Shown: one piece after another, positions 11,719 through 22,924 of the stretch
Position numbering within the stretch: the stretch's first letter is position 1
How the letters are laid out: each line of letters opens with the position of its first letter
NCBI GenBank assembly: GCA_001179505.1
Contig: CDMY01000047.1
Location: forward strand, 139,915-203,914
Direction of reading: 5' to 3'
Length of the DNA stretch: 64,000 bases
Source: Vitrella brassicaformis CCMP3155
Taxonomy: Eukaryota; Protista; Chromerida
Translations under genes and position numbers: made by a program
Notes under the pieces: model-generated
What the model saw: the letters and a program-made list of their open reading frames with translations, nothing else
What the model was told of the DNA's origin: nothing
Database searches by the model: none

Positions 11719-13302
11719 TCACTCGTCGTCATTCTTTTTCTTCTGTTGTTTGTTGTCCTTGTCCTTGATCTCCTTGGTGACGCCCTCGTCGGTGATGGCG
11801 AATTTGGCGTCGATGTTGTCGGGCATGGAGGGCGAGTCGTAGATCTTGGCCACGCGGTTCTGGCCCTTGCCCTTTCTGAGGTAGAGGCGGGTCTGCGATG
11901 CGTGGGCCATGATGTGCCCCCCGATGGGCTTCTTGTCCTCCCCCCCGCGGAACACCGCCATGGGGTCCACCGTCGCCACCACCTGGTTCGTGTACACCAC
12001 TGCATCCAGCCATCAATCCATCCATCCATCCACCCACACACGCAGACACACAGACACACACACAGATGCCTGGGGTGGGTGCAGTGTCGTCACCTCCTCT
12101 CTCTCTCTCTCTCTCGTTGGCCACTGACCAGCGACGCCAAACTCATCGGCCATCCTCTGCAGCTTTCTGAGGAACTGGCAGAGGTGCCCCTGACGGTCAG
12201 CCAACTGAACACACAACACACACACACACACAATTGTGTGGATGAGTGACATGACAGGTGGTTTGGCGTGTGGATGGATCGCTGGCTGGCCGTCCCGTCA
12301 CACACGCACCCACCTACCTGTCCGCGTCCCTGGTATTCTGATCTGTAGAGTGCGGTGACGGAGTCTACGATGAGGAGTGCGAATCTTGTCTCGATCATGA
12401 GGGCCGCCGCCTGCACCAGCAGCTCCGTCTGGTGCTCCACATTGTACGCACGCGCATACGTGATGTTCTCCAACACCTGCTCAGCGTCCAAACCTGACAC
12501 ACCACAATGGACCACAATGGACCACACACCACACCAATGAGAACACGCAGATGGACACACGCTGCACACACCGTGTGTGCAATGCACCCACTTTTTCAGC
12601 CGCTCACTCACCGAAACCTTCGGCTATCTTTGTGATGCGCTCCGGGCGGAAGGTGCCCTCTGAGTCGATCCATGCCACCCTGCCCTCGGCCCCGCCCTGC
12701 TCCACCGGCAGCTGAGCCGTCACCGCCAACGTGTGGCACAGCTGCGTCTTGCCCGAACGGAACTCGCCAAACACCTCAGTCAACATACCTACACCACACA
12801 TCACAAAGCGCACACACCACACCACACCACACCACACCACACACATGCGCGCAGTTGCTTCCCTGCGCACCGCCCACCCTCCCTCCCGGTGACGCACGTA
12901 CGTACCGGTTTCCATGCCGCCGCCGAGTAGCGCGTCGAGGTCAGCGGCGCCTGTGTGGAGTCTGACGATCTGTTGGCGCATGAGGTTGATCTCGGTGGCG
13001 GACGAGAAGCCCATGTGCACCAGCCCCTTGACGGCCTCCTTGAGCTTCGCAACCTTCTGCTCCGATATGCCCTTGACCTGCTGCAGCTGACGCGACGACG
13101 CGTACGCCACCGCCTCGATCGTCGCGTACCCAGCCTCCTTCAAGCACGTCAAGCCCTTGGCCGTGAAGCCGTGCGCATGCAGGTGCTCCAGCGGGGTGAT
13201 GACGCCATGGCCACCATCCTCCCCCTCACCCTCAGCCAACTCGGCCTGCTGGGCGTCGCGCTTGTTGTTGTGCTCCGCCAACTGCCCTGCCGCTGCTGCC
13301 AT
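11719..13302 (-). CDS. RAD51: RAD51 recombinase, 5 exons (13302-12906, 12788-12612, 12493-12318, 12204-12129, 11999-11719)
   Basis: Hh[12 protein letters not shown], FxxA motif MGFSSATE, Walker [21 protein letters not shown], Walker [22 protein letters not shown] and [20 protein letters not shown]. All junctions are in frame. Confidence 0.93.
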
Positions 13303-14194
13303 GTGTGTTGACGGACGGATGTGCTGGCGATGGATGGACGGATGGGTCAAGGGAGCGTTGTGCGTTGCGCTGCGAGAAGAGCGAAAGGGAAGCCTACCGG
13401 GCGGCCTGCCTTTAGCGATGGATGCAAAAGCCGGACAGAAGCTGCGTGCGGATAGGCCTCGAAAACGGGAGAAAAGGTCACGAAAAGTCCAAGCCAACAC
13501 CAGAACTGCTCTGCGTTTCACAGAAAGCTCGCACGGTGCAGATCTCGAGCACGTTTTGCGTGTGTCGGTGCGGTGTGCGGCTGTGCGGACTCCTCATTCT
13601 ATTCCAATCCTCCAAGAGCCTCTCGAAGAAGTTCGGCGTCGCATCTTTCCATCTCAAGTGGCGCATCTGAGGAGGAAGACGGTCAAAGATGGACGGGGCT
13701 GCACGGTGAGCCGCCTGCTCATCCCCTCACGAGCCACTACTTCTTTCTGATGGTTGGACCCGGTGGCCGCTGCTGCTGCTGAGTGACGGCTTCGGCTCCA
13801 TCTAACCACATCCAGTTAGTTGCATTCGTCNNNNNNNNNNNNNNNNNNNNNNNNNNNNNNNNNNNNNNNNNNNNNNNNNNNNNNNNNNNNNNNNNNNNNN
13901 NNNNNNNNNNNNNNNNNNNNNNNNNNNNNNNNNNNNNNNNNNNNNNNNNNNNNNNNNNNNNNNNNNNNNNNNNNNNNNNNNNNNNNNNNNNNNNNNNNNN
14001 NNNNNNNNNNNNNNNNNNNNNNNNNNNNNNNNNNNNNNNNNNNNNNNNNNNNNNNNNNNNNNNNNNNNNNNNNNNNNNNNNNNNNNNNNNNNNNNNNNNN
14101 NNNNNNNNNNNNNNNNNNNNNNNNNNNNNNCATTCGTCCCCCCCCCCCCCCCCCCCTCCCCAGTCCATCCCGTCCATCGTCGGTGTCACTATTT

Positions 14195-14500
14195 ATGGCT
14201 GAAGCAACTGGTGGGATGGCTCCGCCCAGCGGCAACATCATCTGGCAGTGCGTGTGCTGGGTGGTGGTGGTGGTCTACTGTGTGCTGCTGGTGCCCGCGA
14301 CGGTGCTGGCCAAGAGGGTGCTGCCCATGTACCACACGGAGCACTACGTCAAGACGGCGCGTGACTTTGTGGCCTGGTTCAACCTGGTGCTGCTGCCCGT
14401 CAACATTGCGGTCTTCACCCTCGTCAGCATTGTGTGGTCCTGGTGGTGCCTCATACTCCCGGTGGTCTTCATCGTCATCGCAGTCGTCACGCGCAGATGA
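14195..14500 (+). CDS. Small intronless ~101-aa protein with three predicted TM helices
   Basis: MAEATGGMAPPSGNIIWQCVCWVVVVVYCVLLVPATVLAKR...WFNLVLLPVNIAVFTLVSIVWSWWCLILPVVFIVIAVVTRR*. GC-rich third positions and no microsatellite content. The 5' end is near an assembly gap. Confidence 0.55.
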   Translation: MAEATGGMAPPSGNIIWQCVCWVVVVVYCVLLVPATVLAKRVLPMYHTEHYVKTARDFVAWFNLVLLPVNIAVFTLVSIVWSWWCLILPVVFIVIAVVTRR

Positions 14501-14721
14501 CAGAGGGAGGGAAAGAGGGGCGCTGTTTGTCTGTCTGTGTACATAATAGCGTGTGTGGGTTTCTCTGTGCGGGGGTGTGGTTGCTTGCTTGTTGATGTGT
14601 GGTGCGTGTGTTGTTGCGTTGCCACTGAGGGAATGGATGACTGTCTGCACAGACGTGTGAATCCGACTGACTGACTGCATTGCTGCCCACATGCCTGTCT
14701 GTCATGGGCACGTTTCCTGGA

Positions 14722-15170
14722 TTTTGCCCTCGTCGACACGGTGACAAGGTCTGTCCCTCTCGTAGTCCTTCGATCTCTCGTCGTTACTCTTCCATCCCAC
14801 ACGTGGCATCGTGTGTGGTGGGTCGGTGGCGGGGCGGCGGCCGGAGGACACGGAGGACAGACCAAAGGAAGGAGGAAAGACCACATCACACCACATGACA
14901 CCAGACAGACAGAGAGCGGCCCTGTGTATCTGCTCGACATGAGACCCTCAGTCAGTCTGTCATCTCGTTGTTACATTGGACACACCTCCCGGCAGCTCAC
15001 TGGCCTGCCTTCTGTCTACTACGCCCACCATCACCACCGTCATTCTGTGCCGTGTTAGTGCACTGTGGGACTGAGGTGGTGGCGGGGGTGATAGGCAAAG
15101 CGGGACAGAGAGCCCAAACGCATCGGTGAGTACAGGTAGAAACTCAATTCATTGCAGATGATTCATCGAC
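14722..15170 (+). mobile_element. Diverged copy of a ~480-bp dispersed non-coding element
   Basis: Shares long blocks (gtggcatcgtgtgtggtgggtcggtggcggggcggcggcc, catgagaccctcagtcagtctgtcatct, cacctcccggcagctcactggcctgccttctgtct, gtgcactgtgggactgaggtggtggcgggg) with 51327-51810 (+) and 60565-61052 (-). Confidence 0.8.
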
Positions 15171-15244
15171 TGTTCTTGTATAGCTAGCCTTAGCGAAGGA
15201 CACCATCTGTTCTTGTATAGCTAGCCTTAGGGAAGGACACCATC
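15170..15244. repeat. 37-bp tandem duplication, two copies with one mismatch
   Basis: ctgttcttgtatagctagccttag(c/g)gaaggacaccat twice, directly after the dispersed element copy. Confidence 0.9.
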
Positions 15245-15549
15245 TGCATCACCCATCTACAGCACCTGACCTGAAGCATCTCGTTGGTTGGATCCGTCCA
15301 CCTTTTCCAATGAACGTACACACACCCCGACAGACACAGATATGCACCCTCCTCTCTCTGTCTTCCTCGCCCATCGACACACACACACACCGCACCACGT
15401 TTGTGCTCCATACCTCAGACCACACCCACCCTCGTACACACATGTGCCCACAAGAGATACATGCATGGGGCTTGCACACCCTCCCCTCCCCTCCCTGCTT
15501 CGCTTCATTCAACACACAACAACAACAGCAACACCATCCACACGATTCG

Positions 15550-16255
15550 TCATTTCTTGGCTGGGGCCTTGGCAGGTTCCGCTGGCTGTGTTTTGCGTTG
15601 ATAGGGCGTCTTGCCGGTCATCTGGATGTACGCCGTGGCGTAGTTGACAATGTCGCACTGGTGCAGCGGATGACGCCACTTGGCCGCGCGGTGCCGCTGC
15701 TCTGCCTGAACCAACACACCACACCACACCGCCAACAAACGCCTGATGATGCACCCACCCGTCTCTGCCTGCATCCTTTCGGTCTCTGTGGCGTGCCGGT
15801 GTGTCTCTCAGCGTCTGTCTGTGTGTGTGTGTCCCCTCCCCCCCTCCCTCCCTCCCTCCCTGACCCTGACCGTCTGTTTGTCGAGCCACCATCCGTACTC
15901 TTGGCTGGACACCAGTGGCTCGGTGTACTTGTCCTTGGGGCTCAGATACCTGGCCTTCAACGTACGCGTCAGCTCCCCGTCATCCTCCACACACCGGGTC
16001 CCGCCAGACGCACTCAATGACACGGGGGGTGGGGGGCTGTCGTGGCCCTCCCCTGCTGCCGCGAGGTTGAGGGCCTTGACTGTGGACATTTGTGAGGCGG
16101 GCAGGGAGGCCGGGGGGGAGTGGTGCGGCCTGGAGTTGACCTTGTCGGCCACGAACGCCACTGCAAACAACACACACAACCTTTGTCATAAGAAGGATTC
16201 CGTCGTGGTTCTTCGCACGTTTCCGTGGGTTCAGCTGGAATCTTGGGCTAGACAT
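15550..16255 (-). CDS. CFAP144: FAM183/CFAP144-like cilia/flagella protein (5' end uncertain)
   Basis: FQLNPRK|LAFVADKVNS...RYLSPKDKYTEPLVSSQEYGWWLDK...WRHPLHQCDIVNYATAYIQMTGKTPY matches the FAM183 pattern P..KY..P...SQE.GW...H....CDI..YA..Y as I recall it. Stop at 15550. An alternative first-exon frame (RRNPSYDK|VAFVADK) is possible. Confidence 0.7.
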
Positions 16256-16516
16256 AGCGACAGAGGGAGGAAGGGAGGGAAGGGGAAAGACTGGGGGGGT
16301 CCCTGTGGGCCAGTCTCATCCAAGCTCGCAGGCCCAAAATTGTGCATGTTTCCGCTGCTTCTGTGTGCTGGCGCTGCATCAGTGCCACGCACATTCGGCT
16401 GGCAGCCGCTCATCAGACCTTTCCCTCACCTGCGACTCATCGCACGACGACCAGATCTGCCCCTCCTCTCATTCGCGCACGTGCGTTGCCCTTTCTTGAC
16501 CCTCACCTACAGCAAC

Positions 16517-17459
16517 ATGGCACCGAGTGAGCAACGGGCACAGCGCACCACTCATCCATAGAGATCACCTGCCTGCTGCCGCTGCCTCTGTCTGTTGTGT
16601 GTCTGTGTTGACTGACTGTTCAGAGAAAGCCCAGCGGAAGAAGGGTCGTGCCCGCGATGAGGATGAAGATGAGGAGCAGGATGAGCACGGTGAGGAGCAA
16701 GAAGACACAGACGAGCCGCCCAAGAAGAAGACCAAGCAGTCTGGCGGTGCTGGCGGTCATCTGGAGGGCAAGGAGTGGAAGTGGGTGGTCTCCACCAGGA
16801 AGCCCAAGGCGCCCCTATACCTCACAGTGCACAAGGTCAGCCAGGCCAGGCAGGGGAGAGAGGCCACGGTGCACATGATGCGTGAAGACCTATCACCACA
16901 TTACTTACCGTCTGTCTGTCTATTTGACGTGGTGCTGTTTTGTGGTGTGGTTGTCTGCAATGAATGCGTCATTGCATTTCAGTACAAGGAAAAGACATAC
17001 GTCTCAATACGGGAGTGAGTATGCGTGTGTGGCTAAGCTTGCTGTCCCATACCTGCCTGCCACCAGTGCACTGCCTGCCTCTCTCTGTATGTGTGTGTTG
17101 TCATGCACAACCCAGGTACTACGTTGATGATGCCAACAACCACAAGCCGGGCAAGAAGGGTATCATCGTGGTTGTCGATCGCTCAGACAGACAGGCAGAA
17201 GGACATTTGAACAGCTGAAGTGATTGATGTCTGAGAGGGTGGATCGCTTTCTCTTTGCCCTCTCCCTCTCTCCCTCTCTCCATCCCTGTCTGTGTGGGAC
17301 TTGCAGGTATCACTCTCGATGTGGACGACTTCAAAAAGATCCAGGTAGCAAGAGGAAGGATGTCAGCTGGACGTGACACATGTGTGCACGTGTGTGTGTG
17401 GTCTGCAGGAGTGGGGCAAGCTGGACGAGGCCATCGATGGGGTGTCGGGCGCAGAATAG
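16517..17459 (+). CDS. SUB1: Transcriptional coactivator PC4/p15/SUB1 (ssDNA-binding), 6 exons
   Basis: Exons 16517-16526, 16624-16835, 16983-17014, 17116-17159, 17307-17344 and 17409-17459 give MAPKKAQRKK...acidic/basic tract...LYLTVHKYKEKTYVSIREYYVDDANNHKPGKKGITLDVDDFKKIQEWGKLDEAID, the PC4 domain signature. Confidence 0.9.
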
Positions 17460-18001
17460 ATAGATGGGCAGATAGCTGGGGCACGTGCTGGATTCTCCCC
17501 CGCCCACCCCACCCACTTGCCTTCCACTGCCTCGGCCGACCATACGTAGACAGACCGAGCAGACGACGACTTGTACTCACGTGTGGTGTGTAGATGAGGG
17601 AGGGTGTGCCGAATGGCCAGCTGCGTTGCGTTCCTTGTCACGTCGAACTCATGGCTTCGGTGTGATGGTCGAGTGCCGCGCGCGTGTACATGCGTGTGGC
17701 ACTCTTCCATCGCATTCCCAGGACTCTGAGATCGGCGTGGGTGAGAATGCACACCGACATTCGCGGATGCAGGCAGGGATTGAGCGTTGTGGTCCGAGCG
17801 GCCGGGGTGTGTGTTGTGTGTCTAGCACTTATACAGAACAGTAGGGAGGGGAGGGGGCAGGCTTCAGTTTCTGTTTTTACTTGGTCGTGATGAGTAGCTA
17901 GCTGTAGGTGCATGAGGGAACATGACCGACCGACTTAGCTGACACACCACTACCATGCATGAGGCCTACGTGCATATATCAACCAACCCACAGTCAGTGA
18001 A

Positions 18002-21000
18002 TCAGTCCTGTTCACTTCCCTCAGCGTTTGTCTTCCTCTCCCTCTCCTCCTCGGCTCCTGCGAGTATCTTGGCCACCTCTTGCTGGCTGGCTGCCCTCCT
18101 GCCTCTCATCTCGTCTACTATACCGCCCGGCAGCTCACTCAGCCGCGCCTTGGACAGCACCAGACACACGGCATTCACTGACAAGACCTCACACCGATAC
18201 AGTGAGGGTAGAGACAGACCAGCGCCGCCGAAGAGCGCCTCGTCGCACAGACAGCACCTGAACACACAGACCAGAGACACGGACGGTGTCTGTTTGTCGG
18301 TGTGCTTCGTGGGGGTGTGGGGGTGTGTGACCGCGGTGGAATGATTGCGGCGATCCGCCAGCTCTGTCGGTGTGGCTGAAAGACACCCCCACCACTGCTC
18401 CCGATGCCACCGGTGTCTCTCTTGTCCTCCTCCTTCTTGGCAGGCCCCTTCTCCAGCAACTGCAGTGTCCCCGACCGCACCACAATCAGCCCGGGGGCCT
18501 CGACGGGCGGCGAGGCGAAGGCGTCGAAGAGCACCTGTGAGAAGTGGAGGGTGTTTATGTCCAACATCTCCTCGAAAATCATCGACAGCGAGTGGGTCTC
18601 GATGCCCGAGAAGAGGGACACGGACCGCAGGAAGCTGATCTCACACTTGTAGGAATCTGCAGACAGACAAGACAGAGTGTGTTGCAAACCTTGCTCGGCA
18701 GCCCATCGGTGTGTTGCAAACCTTGCTCGGCGGCCTCAGCGAGGCGCCGGAACACGTGTGAGGGCAGGATAAGAACCTCAGTCTGGTCAGTATCATGGCC
18801 CCCCACCCACCACACCTCATCGGCCGCAGCAAGGTCTTCCGCGCTGCAATCGACGTCTCTCTTGTCTCTGTTGCTGCGGCTCAGCAGAGCCTTCATGGAT
18901 TGCTTCCTACTACTGGGTGGCTCGTTGTGCACCCAGTCGCCCGCAGAGAGGGTCTTGACAGACACAAGAGAAGTCTCGAACTCTCCCAACACGTCAAGCG
19001 CCTGACGGCACAGCTCCTCTGTATCATGCAAGACACACATGGCGTCCGTCTGGAAGGCGCATTTGACCTCCATTCCATGTACCTGAGACTCGCTTCATCT
19101 CGGCTCGGTCAGGCAAGCCGCCTCTCCTCGACGACGACGCCTTCTTCTTGTGTTTGTAGCTGCTGGTCGAGGAATCGTCGCCCAGAGCCATGTTGGCCTT
19201 AGAGAACGCCCTGCTCAGCACATGCCTTGATGGCCGCCGAGACGCATCGCGGGACGAGGCGGCCTCGGCCGCGCTGGAGCTGGCTGTACGCGAGCGGCCG
19301 GGCGGCTCCCCAATGGCTGATCCCGATGCCGATGCAGCGGAGGGGGTGCGGGAGACGCTGTGCGATCCGCCTTCCTCTGCTGTGCCTGACGGCGATCTTG
19401 TGCGGTGGATGGCGCGTGTGAGCTCGAGCATGCGGGTGCTGACGGTGGTCGACCGCTCTGGCACATAGCTCTCCGCATCCACCCTGGATGAGTGGATGGA
19501 TCAATGGGTGCGGGAGGTGTGTGTGTGTTCTGTGGTCGTGCATTTGAGTCACTTGATTTGTGTCGGCATGGTGAACCGCTTGACGTCGATCGATCCGAAC
19601 AACACAGCGAAGAAGACATCACCCGGCAGAAACAGCACACTCCTGATCGAGACACGAGCATACATACAGCCACTTCGGCTCCTTCCTTCCTTCCACCCAC
19701 CCATCCATGCATTCCCACCTGGGCACCACTCGGATGGTGAAGTAGTCGAGCGCCGCGAGCAGCTCCTCCCGCGGCACATACTGCAGCGGCCTTATCCGCC
19801 TGAGATTGCGCATGCAGTGCTTCCGCTCCATGTCACTGAAGTGGCGACAGGCGACAGGCAGCTGCCCGGGTTTGGTAGAGGGGCGCGACGAGATGCGACA
19901 GGAGACGGTCGAGACCACCGACAGGAAGCGAGAGCCACCGCTACCGCCGGCGCGGGAGGAGGGGCTGTAGGTGTTGAGGCGACTGCAGCAGCCGTGCAGG
20001 ACAAGCATGAAATCGCCTTGGCATGAGCGGATGGATGGATGGACGTTTGCTTACGTTCTGGCGGGTGGACATTTGGTCATGATGGTTGACAGGTAGTGGT
20101 GGTAGGCCTGGTGGGGATCTCCAGCCGAGAATGACGCAAGGAAGACAGCCAGGCCGCCAGTCAGGCTGATGCGATTCCTGCGAGACGCAACCAAATTGGT
20201 TAGTTAGGCCAGACGTCCGTCCCTTGATTGGCTGTTTGTTTCCTCACTTGATAAGTGTGGGTCTGACGAGTGGGTTTGGATGGCTCCGGCATCTTGCCAG
20301 CTCGAAGTCCGTCCACACCTCATTGGCCAGTGCACCCACATGCACACCGGACAGCGCCCGACACACCAGCAGGTCCGTAGGAATCACCTGCGACCTGCGT
20401 GTACGATACCACCTCACACATGTGGATGTCGATCTGTGTGTGTGCGCGCTAACGATTGCAGGCAGGCGAACTTGACTGCATGACTCAAGTCACCGTGGGC
20501 ATCCTCCCATCGCCCCAGCTTCATCAGACAGACGCCCCTGCACATCCATCCATCCACACAGGGGCGTCTCCATGGCGCGGTGCGGTGGTGTGTGCTGCAT
20601 GGCATGTGTGCCCTCGCTCACCTGTTGTAGAAGTGGAGACTGCAGGAGGGGTCGGACTTGACGCACCGAGAGAAGAACACAATCGCACTTGCCAGCTGAA
20701 TTAGCCACGGAGAGAGACAAACAAATGCGCCCCGCGTGCCAAGTCATGTCACTGCCTCACCCACCATGTTGAGCCGATCGAGGCAGCACCCACACACAGA
20801 GAGGAGCACCGTGTCGGTAGACAGGTCGACTTCGGTGCTCCGCAAGAGGTCTCTGCATGAGATGACGCAGCTGCGCCACTCGCCCGCCTGGAACTGACGA
20901 CGGATGATCGATGGCGGCAGGAGGGGCGGCTGCGTCAGCCGCTGGCATAGCTGCTGGTCTGCGGGAGCCGGCATGTCGGGCGGCAGCAGGGGGATGATGT

Positions 21001-22767
21001 GATGCGCGAACTCGGGATAGTACCCTGAGAGACACACGGTGGAAAGTCCAATTGTGAACAGACGTCTGGCTGGCTGGCTGGCTGACCTGGCGCGCTTCTG
21101 CATCGTGTGGGCAACCGCTTCTCCGCAGCAGCTTGAGCCCCCTGTGCAGCGGCGTCTCTCTCGCCATGCCAACTCAAGCTCCGTGTGGGCAGCTGCGCGC
21201 ACCCTCCTCGCCACTTGAGGATGCGACTAACTGATTCGGCCAGCTGGCTGGCGCCACCCTTGCCATAGCTGACAGTGATGTGTGTTCTGCGGAAGGTGGA
21301 GACGGCCTTGACCTTCTTAAATGTCGCCCCTCTCATCAGCCCCTTCCTCACCGAGTGCATCGACCGCTGTGTCTGCAGCCGACTCAGAGGACGCCTGGCG
21401 GCGCGTGAAGAGGACAGTTCTTCCTCCTCCTCGTCTGTCTGCACGGGTGTCTCCCCGTCGACGGGCTGCCACCCCGTCGCCACTCGCCGAAGATGAGCGG
21501 CACGAGTGGAGGGGATGGGCCCGCGCTTGGCCTTGAATGACATCATGAAGCTCGGCATCAGGTCGCTCCCCAACGGTGACTGCTCCTCGGTTTCTTCAAG
21601 CACAGGAGGCCAGACGGGTGCCGTGCGGGGGATGACAGGAGGCTCTGGTTCCTCCTGGCCTGCTGCCTTCTCCTCCTCATGGCCTGCTGCCTTCTCCTCA
21701 TCGTGGGTCGCCGCTGTTGGCTCTCTGCTGCTGGGGGCACTCGCCTCTGCTCCTTCTTTCCCTTCTTCTTCAGTCTCTTCAATCGTGAAGGTGACTTTGG
21801 ACCTGAGCGCATAGATGGGCGGCCGTGGCGGCAGCGGCTTCGTCTCCGCTGCCAAATTCTCGGCGCTCTCCTGCCGGAATGTCCCTAGTCTCCCTATCGC
21901 CCTGCCGATCGTCTCAAAGGTCCGGTCAAGCCCCGGTGTCGTGGGCGCGTCGGCAGTGAGCGAAGCGGAGGACGAGCTGTATGATAGCGTGTGAATGGAG
22001 CTCTCGGGGTGAAGAGCCGAGTCGTCGTGCGGCACATTTGACACGTTTGAGAAGAAGGCCGACTCGCTGCGGATGTCCAGGACTGCTGATCCGCTGGAGA
22101 TGTAGTCTATCACCTTCTTGTTACCAGTCTCCTCATCAGCCTGTGCAGGTGGGGCACCTTCACCATCCTCGCCGCCAATCTTTTGCCCGTCCTCGGCCGA
22201 TGGGACTTCAGTCTCAGCGGGTTCTGCTTCTTCAGCCCCTTCTGCACTGACAGGTGCGACCAGGCCCTCCTCTCGATCTTCAGTGACACCTCTTTCTGCC
22301 TCCCCGAGAGACTCCCCCTTAGGCGTCTTGTAGGCCCTGGGCCACCCACCAGCCTTCCGGGCCTTCTCAGCAGCGGCGGACAGGCCCAACAATGGAAGCT
22401 CGAGCGGCGTGAACCGAGGTCCTGGGAACGTCGTGGAGCGTCCCCCAACCCAACAACTATCAGTTCGGAGTCCGACCCCTTTTGAGCCCGGCTCGATCTT
22501 CGGGAGCTGAGCTGCCTCGGGCAGGGGCTGCGGCTCTCTCTGAGGCGGCTGTGCAGGTGCTGGGGACACTTGTGCTCTTCCCAGGATCTTCGAGAGCTTG
22601 GCGGAAGTGTACACGTATGATGACGGGGCAGTCTTGCGGTAGGAGCGGCGCTTCCGCTTTCCTCCTTCCCCGGGCCTTCCGATGAGCAGCGAGCGGACTG
22701 TATCATGGTCATCGCGTGCGCTGGAGTAATCCAACCGTGAGCGTTTCATCTGCACTGCAACATTCAT
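18002..22767 (-). CDS. Large protein: disordered N-terminus, TPR repeats and two degenerate cyclic-nucleotide-binding (cNMP) domains
   Basis: First exon of ~500 codons (20935-22779 ORF). TPR LASAIVFFSRCVKSDPSCSLHFYNR|GVCLMKLGRWEDAHGDLSHAV. cNMP-like segments FFAVLFGSIDVKRF, VKTLSAGDW, TEVLILPSHVFRRL, FLRSVSLFSGI, LIVVRSGTLQL and YRCEVLSVNAVCLVLSK. Start is ATG 22767 or 22749. Confidence 0.75.
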
Positions 22768-22924
22768 TCGAGCTCGCACTCGGCCCCCGTCCCCACCCCC
22801 CTCTCTTTCGAAAAAGAAGCATCATGATCGCACGTCGAGAGCTGATTGTTGTAGCGTCGTGAGAAATGGCAGGAGATATCTGACGTTCTTTGAATTCCGT
22901 CTTGCCGTCTCGGTTGCCGGCGCG

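Noticed and set aside
11719-13302. DMC1 assignment for the recombinase (GEFRSGKT)
   Set aside because: [33 protein letters not shown] and [12 protein letters not shown] fit RAD51. DMC1 typically has DTENTFRPDR and RVDFSGRG.
13478-13666. ORF MRHLRWKDATPNFFERLLEDWNR upstream of RAD51
   Set aside because: Short, no family match, no supporting splice structure, and it lies in the presumed promoter/UTR.
15170-15244. 37-bp direct repeats as a possible CRISPR array
   Set aside because: Only two adjacent copies with no spacer, no cas genes, and a eukaryotic context.
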